Both the position numbers and the translations under genes were made by a program. Positions 1 to 14,125 of a stretch of 64,000 bases of DNA are shown here, piece by piece (the stretch's first letter is position 1; each line of letters begins with the position of its first letter). Where the stretch lies: the NCBI RefSeq assembly GCF_009914755.1, contig NC_060930.1; one strand, 5' to 3'. The notes below the pieces were generated by a model that searched no databases, had not been told where the DNA came from, and saw only the letters and a program-made list of their open reading frames with translations. Origin of the DNA: the human T2T-CHM13v2.0 reference genome, Homo sapiens.

Positions 1-236
1 AAGCCTTTTAAATTATTTGCCCAGGCAAGTATTTCTGGCAAAAACCAGCTCAAAGCAAAATTATCATGTAATTAGTTAAACATATTGCATTTGAATATTC
101 AATTTCAGCCAAACCACAATCTTATCATTTTAAAATAATCTGTTTTCTATTACCAAAACTAACGATTTCTCCAGGAGTTAAACACTTAGGAAAATATTAC
201 AACATGTTTTGCTGGCCTCAAACTAGCCCTTTAAGT

Positions 237-527
237 CTATGTTTTTCAAACCATTTAGAGTGACCTATGAGTGAGCCATAATATTTTGAAATAGGTCTCT
301 ACAAGCATCTGTTAATGAAATAGAATAAAACAGAACAGAATAGGAATAACCAAAATGTATTTGATGAAATAAGAATTAATATTGTTTTTTTGAATTCTTT
401 TAAGTTTCAGGATGTGTGTGTATGTGCATGTGCGCACGTGTGGTGTGTGCACGCACATGCACACACATTAAACCCTGGTGTAAAATACGTTACACATGAG
501 TCAAGAAAAAATATTAAAATGATCTGC
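237..527. mobile_element. Probable degraded hAT-Charlie (Charlie4a-like) DNA transposon fragment with internal TG/CA-rich tract
   Basis: Motifs gtgacctatgagtgagccataat, aatgaaatagaataaaacagaacagaatagg and a TG-rich stretch followed by tgtaaaata resemble the consensus as I remember it; highly diverged. Confidence 0.35.
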
Positions 528-575
528 TCTAAGGGATTGTCCAGTGATGTCACAGGACCAGAGCATATAAGTTTT

Positions 576-2484
<1,909 letters not shown>

Positions 2485-2866
2485 AGAGCATATAAGTTTT
2501 ATGTGATGAATCTTAACAATAAGCAACATGAAAGTAAATAAAATTTTTAAAATATCTTGGGGAAACAGAAAGAACTTTTTGAAGGAAGTGAGATTTAAAC
2601 AGAAGTCTGAAAGAAAGAATAATATTACAGGTGGCTGAAAAGGTGAATACAAATGCTTAGCATGAATAAGAATAATGTAGATGTTTATCAAAATATTTGG
2701 GGGGCCTGCATCACGATATTTGATTCAATTGGTCTGAAGCGTGACTGAGAAACTTGAATTTTTAACAAACAATTATATCACACAAACACATTCACTCACT
2801 GCAATTCGGATATATGGGGTCCAAGCAACTTGCAAACTTTAAGAAAAGAAACCATAAAGAAATTTA

Positions 2867-3177
<311 letters not shown>

Positions 3178-4458
3178 ACTTTGGGAGTGATCACATAGAC
3201 AAGTTTGGGACAAAGTAAGAGTATAAAAAGGCAAATTTTAGGAGATTAAGCTGGAAAGATATATTGAGCTAGATTGTGAATAGATTCAAATTTCAAGTTA
3301 AGGATAGTATGTTTTTCCTAAAAACAATAGAGAGTCATTCATAATTTTTATGGAATGGAGTAGCATCACATTGAAGGATTAATATGATATTGATATTAAA
3401 ATAAAGATAAACTGAGAGTGGAATATTGGTTACAAAGGTGTTGAATATATAGGTATGAATTAAAAGGTCTAGCTTATCATAGAAGAAGAGAAAAATTTGC
3501 ACATTGAGAATGTCTAGGCTTTTACATAAAATATCATATTGAGTAAAACAATAAAGTTTCAGAGTATGTACTTAATAAGAATACTTAACCACACATGTCA
3601 GGCATATCCATGACCACTGTAATGATTCCTGTTATTTTGTTCCAGTCAAAATTTAGCCTCTCATCATGTCCCTGATATTCAGTGAAAATGTCCCTGGAAA
3701 ACTCTATATCTCTGTTGAAGAAAATAACAATCCATTTTATTCCTGACAAAGTAAGAGAACATTCTGGAATATCTGATGCATTAAGTTTCTATGGCACTCA
3801 CATCAATTTTCAAAGTGAAATAGCCTTTTGCATTAACTAAAAATTAATAACTTATTTCTCCTTATATCCATATTGTTTTCATTAAGCCTTAAGTATGAAA
3901 AGATGCTATTGCTATTTTTAATATAAATTTTTTAAATAAATCTTACCTTTTAAAAATGAAAATTTGCATTAATTTTAATATCCTTGAAAATTGATATCAA
4001 TTTCACAGTCATTTATCAATCTATTAAAATTATTCTATGATTATTTAATAGAATATAAACAAGTTTCTCTTGCAATGTGAATAACGAAAAAAAAATTAGC
4101 AATGGAAATAAACCCCAGGTGTACCGTAGAGTTGGATAGATAATTATTTTAAATTCTATTTTTCACAAAGAAAATTGCATGGGAGATTTCTGGAGGCCAG
4201 AACTGTCTTTCTAAGGAAATAGAACGTTAAGGAAAAACAGATTTGACCCAGAGCCACACATGCATAGATGGAAAACTTGGCAAACGTTGCCACAGTCTAG
4301 CAATTCCAGGAGTAAACAATAGTATGTGCATCCCAACTAAATGGCATCATATTGTCAGAATAGAAAAGAAATCCATACTCTTAAGCCTCAACCCAACTGG
4401 CATTAACTTGAGTAAAATTATATATTTTTAGAAATATGGATTTGATCAAAATACTAAC

Positions 4459-4536
4459 CACAGACAACAGGCACATCCATGACCACTTACACCACTGCTA
4501 ATACTTCGTTCCAAGTCTGCACTGGGCTCTGTTTCT
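4459..4536 (-). other. Candidate exon (78 nt; internal alternative donor gives 46 nt, 4491-4536)
   Basis: Minus-strand acceptor cttgttatag| and donors |gttagt and |gtaagt; its 3' half is paralogous to 3580-3618. Confidence 0.35.
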
Positions 4537-4774
4537 CTATAACAAGTTTATTTTGATAATTAGAATCATTAGAACTAATTTAATTATTAGAATGTAAAAG
4601 TCTCAATTCTGATTAGAGGTTACAAAAGCAGCTCTCTTCTTCAAGAACCACTTATTTCCCAAGAACCACTTACTTCCCCAAATTATTTAAATTGAGAACT
4701 TTAGTGTTAGAAGTGTTTTTAAAAATCAGCTTATACAGCCTTTGCTTCTGAATTTCTAAACACTTTAGTATGCA

Positions 4775-4832
4775 TGTATGTGTGTGTGTATATGTGTGTC
4801 TGTGTGTGTGTGTATATATATATATATACATA
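4775..4832. repeat. (TG)n(TA)n compound microsatellite
   Basis: Read directly from the sequence. Confidence 0.95.
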
Positions 4833-5045
4833 TGGAAAGGACAAACCTATTTCTATCAATAAACATTGTCTATGGGGGTTGCCTACACCAAATGGTTATA
4901 CTAAACTTGTCTACATGATCACTCCCAAATTTCCTTTTTATTTTATGTTTATTAAATGCCTGGCATTTTACTGAGTGCTTTATATGTGATAATCACACGA
5001 ATATACCTATCATGGAAGTGCTAATATTACACAGTGATATGCTGT

Positions 5046-6285
5046 GTGTATAGTCTTGATGTGTCTCCCCACTCAAATCTGAATTATATTGAAATGTAAT
5101 TCCTAGTGTTGGAGGTGGGCACTGGTGGGAGGTGATTGAATCATGGGGGAAGATTTTTCGTTAATGTCTTATCATCACCCCCCATTGTGGTAGTGAGTGA
5201 GTTCTTGTGAGAGCTGGTTGTTGAAAAATGTGTAGCACCTCACCCCTCACTCTCCTGCTCTTGCTTTCACCATGTGACATGCCTAATCCCCATTCACCTT
5301 CCACCATAATTGTAAGTTTTCTGAGGCCTTCCCAGAAGCTGAACAGATACCAGCCTCATGCTCCCTATACAGCCAGCAGAACCATGAGCTAATTAAATCT
5401 CTTTTCTTTATTACCCAGTCTCAAGTATTTCTTTATACCATTGCAAGAATGGCCCAATACAGAAAATTGTTACCAAGGAGTGGGCCATTGTTATAAAGAA
5501 AATGCAGAAATCTGAAAATGTTGAAACACCTTTGAAATTGGGTAACAGGCAGAGGCTGGAAGAGGTTGGAGAACTCAGAAGAACACAGGAAGATGAGGGA
5601 AAGTTTGAAACATTTTAGAGACTGATTAAATAGTTGTGACCAAAATGCTAATAGTGATATGAATGATAAAATCCAGGCTGAGGAGGTCTCACATGGAAAT
5701 GAGAAACTTATTGGGAACTGGAGCAAAGGTCACTTTTGTTGTACCTTAGCAGAGAACTCAGCTGCATTGTGCTTCTGCCCTATGCATCAGTGGAACTTAG
5801 AACTTGAGAGTGATGATTTAGGGTATCTAGCTGAAGAAATTTCTAAGCAGCAAAGTGTTGTAGATTTGACCTGACTGCTTCTAACAACCTATGCTCATAG
5901 GCAGGAGCAAAGAAATTACTTAAAGCTGGAACTTGTATTTAAAAGGGAAGCAGAGCATAGAAGTTCGGAAAATTTGGAGGCTGGTCATTGGTAGAAAAGA
6001 AAAGCCCATTTTCAGAAGAAGAATTCAAGTGGCTGCTGAGCAACTACTTACTAGAGAAATTTTAATAATTAAAAATGCAAGTGCTAAAATCCAAGACGAG
6101 AAAAAGGCCTTGAAGGCATTTCAGAGATCTAAGACACAGCCCCTCCCATCACAGGCCCTGAGGCCAAGGAAGACAGAATGGTTTTGTGTGCCAGGCCCAG
6201 GGCCCTGCTGTCCTGCCCATACTCAGGACATGGCTCCCTGGACATGGTTCCCTGCATCCCAGCCACTCGAGCACCAGCCATGACT
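5046..6285 (+). mobile_element. ERVL-MaLR MST-type LTR (about 5046-5461) plus truncated internal region
   Basis: MST hallmarks (gttggaggtgggc...gggaggtgattgaatcatggggg; end ...gaatggcccaataca) followed directly by the internal-region start gaaaattgttaccaaggagtggg. No second LTR seen. Confidence 0.85.
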
Positions 6286-7002
6286 AAAAAGGGTAAGTCA
6301 AAAATAGCTGTGAGACAAAAATAGAATCTATAGAAATTAGAAGCGATTCTTCTTTGCAAATTTCCATTTGAAAGTAATAAATAATTTTAGTGTTATTTCT
6401 GGCCATGTCATATTATTGAATATTATTAAATGCCTGGCATTATACTAAGTGCTTTGTATGTGATAGTCACACAAACGTATTTGTATGTGGATCACACTTC
6501 TCTATTACTTTCCAAACTACTTGATATATATTAGCAATGTATGGCTGTAATTAATCATTAGTCTACTAGTTAAACTGAATTTTATAATCAGGATTTTAAA
6601 AATTACTAAACAATTTTTTTTATGGCTGCAAGAAGCACATGGAAGAAATTTAAAATCATTTTTCCCATTATCCAAAGACAAGCACTCAACACATTTTGGT
6701 ATAAATCATTCCAGGCATTTTTTTCCTCCACTTATAAGGCAAGATAATTTTTAAGTGTTTTTTTATCTCTGCTGTGGATATATTTTTTTATTTATCCCAA
6801 GAAATTAGTGAAATCATATTTTAGGGGATTTATGTTGCAGATATATCACAAGAGATGATGGAATTCTGTTGGGGAAAACTAAGGGGTACTCAAGGCACTT
6901 AAAATTAAGAACCATGCCTGAGAAGCTGTGGGAAGACATGCTCTGACCAAGATCAGAATGAACGCACCCAAGCCATCCACCTACAAGCTTATGAAACATT
7001 AC

Positions 7003-7093
7003 CTTAGCAGTGGTAGCCAACATGGAATGAGGACCCAAAAGCTTCTCCAGAATGTTACATGCACCATAAGACCCACAGAGCTTTCTTATGTTT
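7003..7093 (-). other. Candidate 91-nt exon
   Basis: Long polypyrimidine acceptor catttctttctctctccctcctttctctttag| and donor AAG|gtaatg, in non-repeat DNA. Confidence 0.5.
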
Positions 7094-7286
7094 CTAAAGA
7101 GAAAGGAGGGAGAGAGAAAGAAATGTAATATGTCTTGAACCCTCTGTCAAAATAAATTTATAAATGTATATGATTTCAAACTGAGTATAACATTGTATGT
7201 AAGCCCTTTGAACTCCTATGCATTTACTTGCCCGAATTAATGTGATAAGGGCATTTGTTGGTAACTCAAGTCTTCCTTCAATCTTT

Positions 7287-10200
7287 CATTTTTTAATTTC
7301 AGACATAATTCACATACCATGAAGCTCACCTTTTAAGATGTACAACTCAGTAGTTTTTAGTATATTCACAAGATTATGCAACCATCACCACTATCTAATT
7401 CAAAACTGTTTACATCACTCTAAAGAGAAACCTTGGGCTGTTAGCAGTCACTTTTATTTCTGTCCCACCCCTCATTTCCTGGCAATCAATATTCTACTGT
7501 CTGCCTCCGGTATTTTCTTTTCTAGACATTTAATCTAAATGGAATCATATAATATGATTTATGTTATATGATGTTTTTTCAGGCTTCTTTCACAGTCTAT
7601 TTTGTCAGGCTTCTTTCACAGGAATGTTTCCCAGTTTCATTCCATGTTGTAACATACATCAGAACTTCATCTTACAGTGGAATAATACTCTGTTTTATAT
7701 ATATATATATTTATATATATATATACACCACTATTATTTATTCCAACAGTTGATGGACATATGGATTGTTTCTACTTTTTATCATTATGATAAATGCTGC
7801 TATTAACATTCCTATACAAGTTTGTGTGTGAAGATGTTTTATTTCTCTTGCATATATACTTAAAGGTAAAATTACTGGACAATACTGTAACTCTATATTA
7901 ACTTTCTGAGGAACTGGAAAACTTTTTCACAGCAGTTGCACCCTTTACATTTCCATTAACAATGTATTAGAGTTCCAAATTTTTCACATCCTTGAAAGCA
8001 CTTGTTATTGTCCACCATTTTTATTATAACAATCCCAGTGGATGTGAAGATCCAACTGAGTAATGTCTCAGTGCGGTTTCCATTTTAAGTTATCTAATGG
8101 CTGATTATGTTGATTAGCTTTTTAGGGGCTAATCAGTTATTTGTACATCTTCTTTAGAGAAATATATATTCATATCCTTAGCCCATTTTTAAAATTTGGT
8201 TATTTAGATTTTTTACTTTTCAGTTGTAAGAATTCTTTACATATTATGGATACTAGACCCTTATCTAATATATGATTTACATATATTTTCTCCCACTCTG
8301 TAGGTTTTTTTCACTTTCTCTGTGGTATCTTTTGAAGCACATTTTTAAAAAATTGGTTAAGTACTATTTATCTGCTTTTTCACTGGTTGCTTTTGCTTTC
8401 AGTGTCATAGCTAAATCATTGCCTAATGCAAGATCATGAAAATTTACATCTATGATTTCTCCTATGGTTTTTATAGTTTCAGGTCTTAGTTAGGTCTTTG
8501 GTCCATATTTGGGTTCATTACGGTATATGATACAAAATATAGGTGCACACTTATTATTTTGCATACGCATATCAGGCTGTCTCCGCACTATTTGTGGAAA
8601 AGAGTAATCTTCTGTACTTGGCATCACTGCCCAAAATTAACTGAATGTAAGTATATGGTAGATATCTGGATTATCAGTTCTTCTACTTTGTTAATCTATA
8701 CGCATATCTTTATCTGAGCACCACAGAATCTTGATTTCTGTAGCTTTGTAGTATGTTTTGAATCAAGAAGTGGGTTTCCCCACTTTGTTCTTCTTTCTAA
8801 CTTTTTTTACTATTTATATAAATTTTTGGATCAGTTTGTCTTTTCTGTAAAAACAAACAGCAGTTGTTCTTTTCATAGGAATTTTCATGCATGTGTAGAT
8901 AAATTTGGAGAGTATTACTATCTTAATAATATTAAGCCTTTCAATTCATGAATGAGGGATGTTTTTCCATTTATTTAGATTTTCTTTTATTTCTCTCAAC
9001 ATTTCATTTTTGGTGTACATGCCCTGTATTTTTATTTGTTAAATTTATTGCTAAATATTTTAATGTTATTGTAAATAATTGTTTTGTCAATTCTATTTTA
9101 GGATTATTCATTGTTAGTATGTAAAAATACAAATAATTTTGCGTGTTGATCTTGTATACTTCAACCTTGCTATACTTATCTATTAGCAAGTAATAGTTTT
9201 TTGAATGAATTCTTAAAGGTTTTCTATATATAAATTTTTATATATAGTATTACTCCTTCAAGTATAGTATTCGTTCTTCCTTTCCAATCTGGACACATTT
9301 ATTCATTTTTCCTACTTAATTGTCTTGACTATATCCTGTAGCAAAATTTGAATAGTAGTGAAAATTGTTAATATGTTTGTCTTGTTCCTGATTTTAGGAG
9401 GAATCCTTCAGTTTCACTTTTAAGTGTAATGTTAGCTGTGGGTTTTGCAAAGATGTAATTTATCATGTTTAGAAGGTTCCTTTCTAGTCATTGTTTGTTG
9501 AGTGTTTTTGTCATAAAGTGATGTTAGATTTTGTCAGATGTTTTTTCTGCGTTTACTGAGATGACTGTGTGTTTTTTCAAAAAACTTTATTCTAATAATA
9601 TGGTGTATTACATTGATTGATTTTTATATGTCAAACCAAACTTGTATTCCTGTGATAAATCCCACTTAGACATGGTATTTGATCCTTTTTATATGATGCT
9701 TGTTTCGGTATGCCAGTATTTTGTTGAGAATTTAGGGTTCGTATTCATAAGGAGTATTGGCCTATATTATTCTTTTTTATGATATTATGGTCTGATTTCG
9801 CTATCTGGGTAAGACTGGCTTCAAAAAAAAGGCAAGAAATGTTCCCTTCTCTCCTATTTTTTGGAAGGGTTTGGTGTTAATTCTTTAAATATTTGTTAGA
9901 ATTCATCAGTGAAGCCCTCGGGTCCTGGGATTTTCTCTGTGCTAAGTTTTCTGATTACTAAAACAATATCTTTACATGGGGTAAATCTAATCTAATCCGA
10001 TACTTTTTTTCATTTTTGTAGTTACGTCTTTCTAGAAATTTGTTCATTTTATGTAAGTCATCTAATTTGTTGGCATACAATTGTTCACTGTGTTCTCACA
10101 TAATCCTTGATTTCTGTAAGATCAGTAGTAATCTCTCCTCTTTCATTCCTAGTTTTAATAAATTGAATTCAAATAAATAATTTTTTCTTTTTCTCTTGGT

Positions 10201-11638
10201 CAGTCTAACTAATGATTTGCCAAATTTGTTGTCCTTTCCCACAACCAACTTTTACTTTCGCCAATTTTCTCCCCTTTTTACCTTTTTTATTTCATTTATT
10301 TCTACTCTAACCTTTATTCTTTCTTTCTTCTTGCTCTCAGTTTCATTTGTCTTTTTCTACTTTCTTAAAAAGGAAGATCATGTAATAGATTTAAGATTTG
10401 TTTTGTTTTGTTGCAGGCATTTAAAGACATAAATTCCCCATTTGAGCACTGTTTGTCCTAAATCCCCTAAATTTGGGTATGTTGAATTTTTATTTTCATT
10501 TATCTTATTTTCTAATTCCCATTTTGATTTTTTGACCCAATGGTTATATAGGAATGCATCGTTCAATTTCCATATATTTGTGAATTTCCAAAATATTCTT
10601 CTGCTATTTTTAATTTCAGTTCATTATACTTGTAGAAAATACTTTGTAAGATTTTAATCATTTTAAGTTTTTTGAGGCTTGTTTTAGGGCTTTGCGTATT
10701 ATCTGTACTGCAGAATGTTCCATATGCACGTAAGAATGTATAGATTGCTGCTCTTCAGTGAAGTGCTTTCTAGATATCTATTAGGTCTAGTTGGTTTATG
10801 CATTGTTCAAGTATTTTATTCTCTTGCTGATAATGCGTAGTTGTTCTATTCATTTACAATGGGGCATAATAGTAATCAACTATTACTATTGATGTGTTTA
10901 TTTCAATTCTTTCAGCTTTTTATCATGTATTTTGGGGCCCTAATGTGAGGTGCATGTAGGTTTATAATTGTTATATCTTCTTGGTGGAATGGCCTTTTAT
11001 GATTACACAGTGTTTTTTTTGTTGTTGTTTCTAGTAACCATTTTTGTATTACTACTTTGTCTGATATTAAAATAGCCAATTCAATTCTCTTTGGCTTACC
11101 AATTTCATGGCATATAGATTCTTTTTTCTTTTTTTTGGCCTATTTGGTCTTTGGATCTAAAATGTTGGCTCTTATATAAAGCATATAATTGGATCATGTG
11201 TACTTTTTTCCAAGTCTGTCAATCTCTGCCTTTTCATCAAAGAATTTAATAAATTTGATTCATTAACTGATAAGAAAAGACTTGTCTGTCATTTTGCTAT
11301 TTGTTTTCCATGTGCGTATGTCATTTAGTTCCCCATTTCCTCTATTACTGACTTCTTTTTCATTAAGTAGCTATTTTTTCCCTTATAGGTTTAATTTGCT
11401 CATTTTTACTGTATATTATTGTCATTTTCTTAGTAGTTGCATTGGGGGTTGTCATTATCACCTTAATTTATGACAATCTAGTTCAGGTTAATACCAATTT
11501 AATTTCATAGAAATACAAAAACTTCATTTAAATATAACTCTGTTCCCCAATCTCCTTTAAGCTGTCTCCCCAATAGTGCTGTTGTACACCTCCAATAAAT
11601 TTAATTTTTTATTTCAGTTATTTTACTTTCTAATTCCA
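7287..11638 (-). mobile_element. Old L1M (L1MB-like) LINE, 3' end through ORF2, degenerate
   Basis: L1MB-type 3' end (acataattcacataccat...tatattcacaagattatgcaaccatcaccactatctaatt) and antisense ORF2 remnants (e.g. LIDKYSKVEVYKINTQ, LYNHWVKK...ENKNSTYPNL). Confidence 0.85.
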
Positions 11639-12201
11639 ATGAGTGAAGGAAAGAAGAAAATAAAGGGGATGGCTCCTAAGCCTTCCCATACCCACAACAG
11701 TCTCATCTCTTTAGGAAGCTCTAAGGAGAAAAAGACTAAAGCCATGACATAAAAGAAAGAATTTTTTCATCTAAGATACTGGGGCCCAAACATAGAACTC
11801 TGCAGCTTTGAGCCACTATATAACAAAGTGCAACACAGAGTTACAGAGGGTCAATTCCTCATTACTTGGGTATGGGTGATCAGCTCACCACCTGACCACT
11901 CAAGGTAGTCACCATAGAATACCACCATGCTCTGTTTTGCTGGACAGAAAAAAGATGGACCACAGAACACCTTCCCCTGAAAAGCAGCATTCTCTCCATA
12001 AGCTCCAGCAGCAGTGCTGATGGCAGTGGGGATGTTTCTCGAGTTGTTGGCATGGTGGACCTCACATAAGCAGCCTTAGCCAAAGAATATAAATAAACAT
12101 TTCCTGACCACCTGTGAGACAAACTTGGGGACTTCCAGATATACCTGGAAAGAATTTGAAGCAATACTGAGGTACAGAAAATTTTGAATATTAAATGCTA
12201 A
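11639..12201 (+). pseudogene. Unidentified decayed reading frame (possible retrocopy fragment)
   Basis: More GC-rich island between two L1M elements. It reads as about 187 codons from ATG with one frameshift and several in-frame stops. No parent recognised. Confidence 0.3.
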
Positions 12202-12244
12202 TGTGACCTAATATATTGTCACAGATTTTTCCCTTATTTTAAAT

Positions 12245-13118
12245 AGTCTTTATTTATTGGAGCAATTTAGGTTGACAGGAAAATTGAACAGAAAGTACTC
12301 AAAGTCTATAATTTACATTAGGGTTGCATTAGATATTCTATGTATTTTAACAAAGTTATGACTACATGTATCCACCATTATAGTATCATACATGATAGTT
12401 TTACTGCCAAAAAATCTATGCTCTCTCTATTCACCATTTTATCCCCCCTCTAACCCCTAGCAACCACTGATCATTTTACTGTCTCCACAGTTTTGCCTTT
12501 TCTAGAATGTCATATAGTTGGAATTATACAGTGTGTAACCTCTTAAGATTGGCTTCTTTCACTTAGCAATATGCATTTAAGTTTTAAAGTGTCTCACTTT
12601 TAAAATGTCTTGATAGCATATTTCTTTTTAGCACTGGATAATAACCCATTGTCTGGATGTACTGGAGTTTATTTATCCATTTGCCTATGGAAGAGCATTT
12701 TGGTTGATTCCAAGTTTGAGCAACTATTAATAAATCTGCTATGAACATCCATGTGCAGGTTTTTGTGAGGGTGTGTTTTCAACTCATTTTGGGTAAACAC
12801 CAGGGAGTATGATTTCTGGATCATATGTTAAGAATATGTTTAGTTTTGTGTGAAGCTGCCAAACTGTCTTCCACGATGTCTGTACCATTTTGGATTCTCA
12901 CCAGTAATAAATGAGAGTTCCTGTTGTTCCATATGCTCACCAGTATTTGGTGGTGTCAGTTTTCTGGATTTGGGGCATCCTAATAGGTGTATAGTAGTAT
13001 TTTGTTATTTTAATTTGCATTTCCCTAATGACATATGATGTGCAGCATCTTCTTGCATGCTTATTTGCCATCTATATAGCTTTTCTGGTGAGGTGTTTGT
13101 TAGGTCTTATGCCCACTC
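12245..13118 (-). mobile_element. L1M (L1MB1/2-like) 3' fragment
   Basis: Antisense L1 3'UTR/ORF2-end motifs (ccctagcaaccactgatcattttactgtctcc, ccaaactgtcttcca, ttaatttgcatttccctaatgac). Confidence 0.85.
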
Positions 13119-13186
13119 ACAGAATTTTAAAGTTTGAGACTAATCAGGTTATATTCTAGATAACACTGATTGAAATAGTTACTTTC

Positions 13187-13617
13187 TTATAGAATCAACC
13201 TAAGTGCCCATCAACAGTGGATTGGAGAAAGAAAATGTGCTACATATACACCAAGAAATACTACTCATCCATAAAGAAGAATAAAATTGTGTCCTTTGCA
13301 GCAACATGGATGCTGCTGGAGGCCATTATCCTGAGTGAATTAATGCAGAAACAGAAATATTGTGGTTCTCACTCATAAGTGGGAGCTAATGCCGTACACA
13401 CGGACATAAAGATGGAAATAATAGAGACTGGGGACCCCAAAACAGGGGAAGGAGGAAGGAGATCAAGTGTTGAAAAGCTACACATTGGGTACTATGTTCA
13501 ATATTAGGGCGGTGGATTCAGTAGAAGCCTGAACTCCAGCATTATGCAATATACCCGTACAATAAACCTATACAGGCACCCCCTTGACTCTAAAATAATC
13601 ATAATAAAAAAGAAAGA
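13187..13617 (+). mobile_element. Old L1P (L1PA15/16- or L1PREC-like) 3' end
   Basis: gaatcaacctaagtgcccatcaacagtggattgg through an A-rich tail; TSD AAA(T/C)AGTTACTTTC at 13173-13186 and 13618-13631. Confidence 0.9.
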
Positions 13618-13784
13618 AAACAGTTACTTTCAAGATAATTATTTAATTTAGGGTTTAAATTCCCTTCTTCTATTCATCTATCTTTTTTCTTTCCTTCTCT
13701 TTTTTTTCTTTTCTCTTTTCCTTTCTAACAAAAGCAGGAGAATATGCACGTGATTTGGTGACATGATATAGAAGACAGCAGATG

Positions 13785-13955
13785 GAATTGCCAGACAAAA
13801 TACAGGACACGGTTAAATTTGAATTTCAGATAAAGAATGAACAACTTTTTAGCATAAGTATGTTTCAAATATTTAATTATTTATTCGAAATTCAAATTTA
13901 TATTCATATATATTCATATATATATTCAAAATATATACAGCCTATATATTTTTCT
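13785..13955 (+). mobile_element. MER33/MER3-like hAT MITE fragment
   Basis: ttgccagacaaaatacaggacacggttaaatttgaatttcagataaa matches the MER33 start as I remember it. Confidence 0.7.
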
Positions 13956-14125
13956 TGCCCATTAAATTTTAAATTTTCCTTGGTCATGGTAATTTTCTTC
14001 ACAAAAGTTTTTAAGTTATCTGTAAGCTCTCACAATGTTAAAGTAGAAGAGAAGAAAAGCTGACTAAGTTTAAAGCAGTAGCAAGGGAAACAGCGACTTG
14101 GCCATGATTTCTCAGTTGATTGTTT

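Noticed and set aside
4642-4677. Short tandem duplications (18-bp unit here; similar at 7579-7621, 32741-32760, 45091-45137, 54530-54567, 59831-59864)
   Set aside because: Two or three copies without spacers; ordinary slippage products, not CRISPR-like arrays.
9224-9247. AT-rich near-palindrome ctatatataaa-tt-tttatatatag
   Set aside because: Low-complexity sequence inside an old L1.
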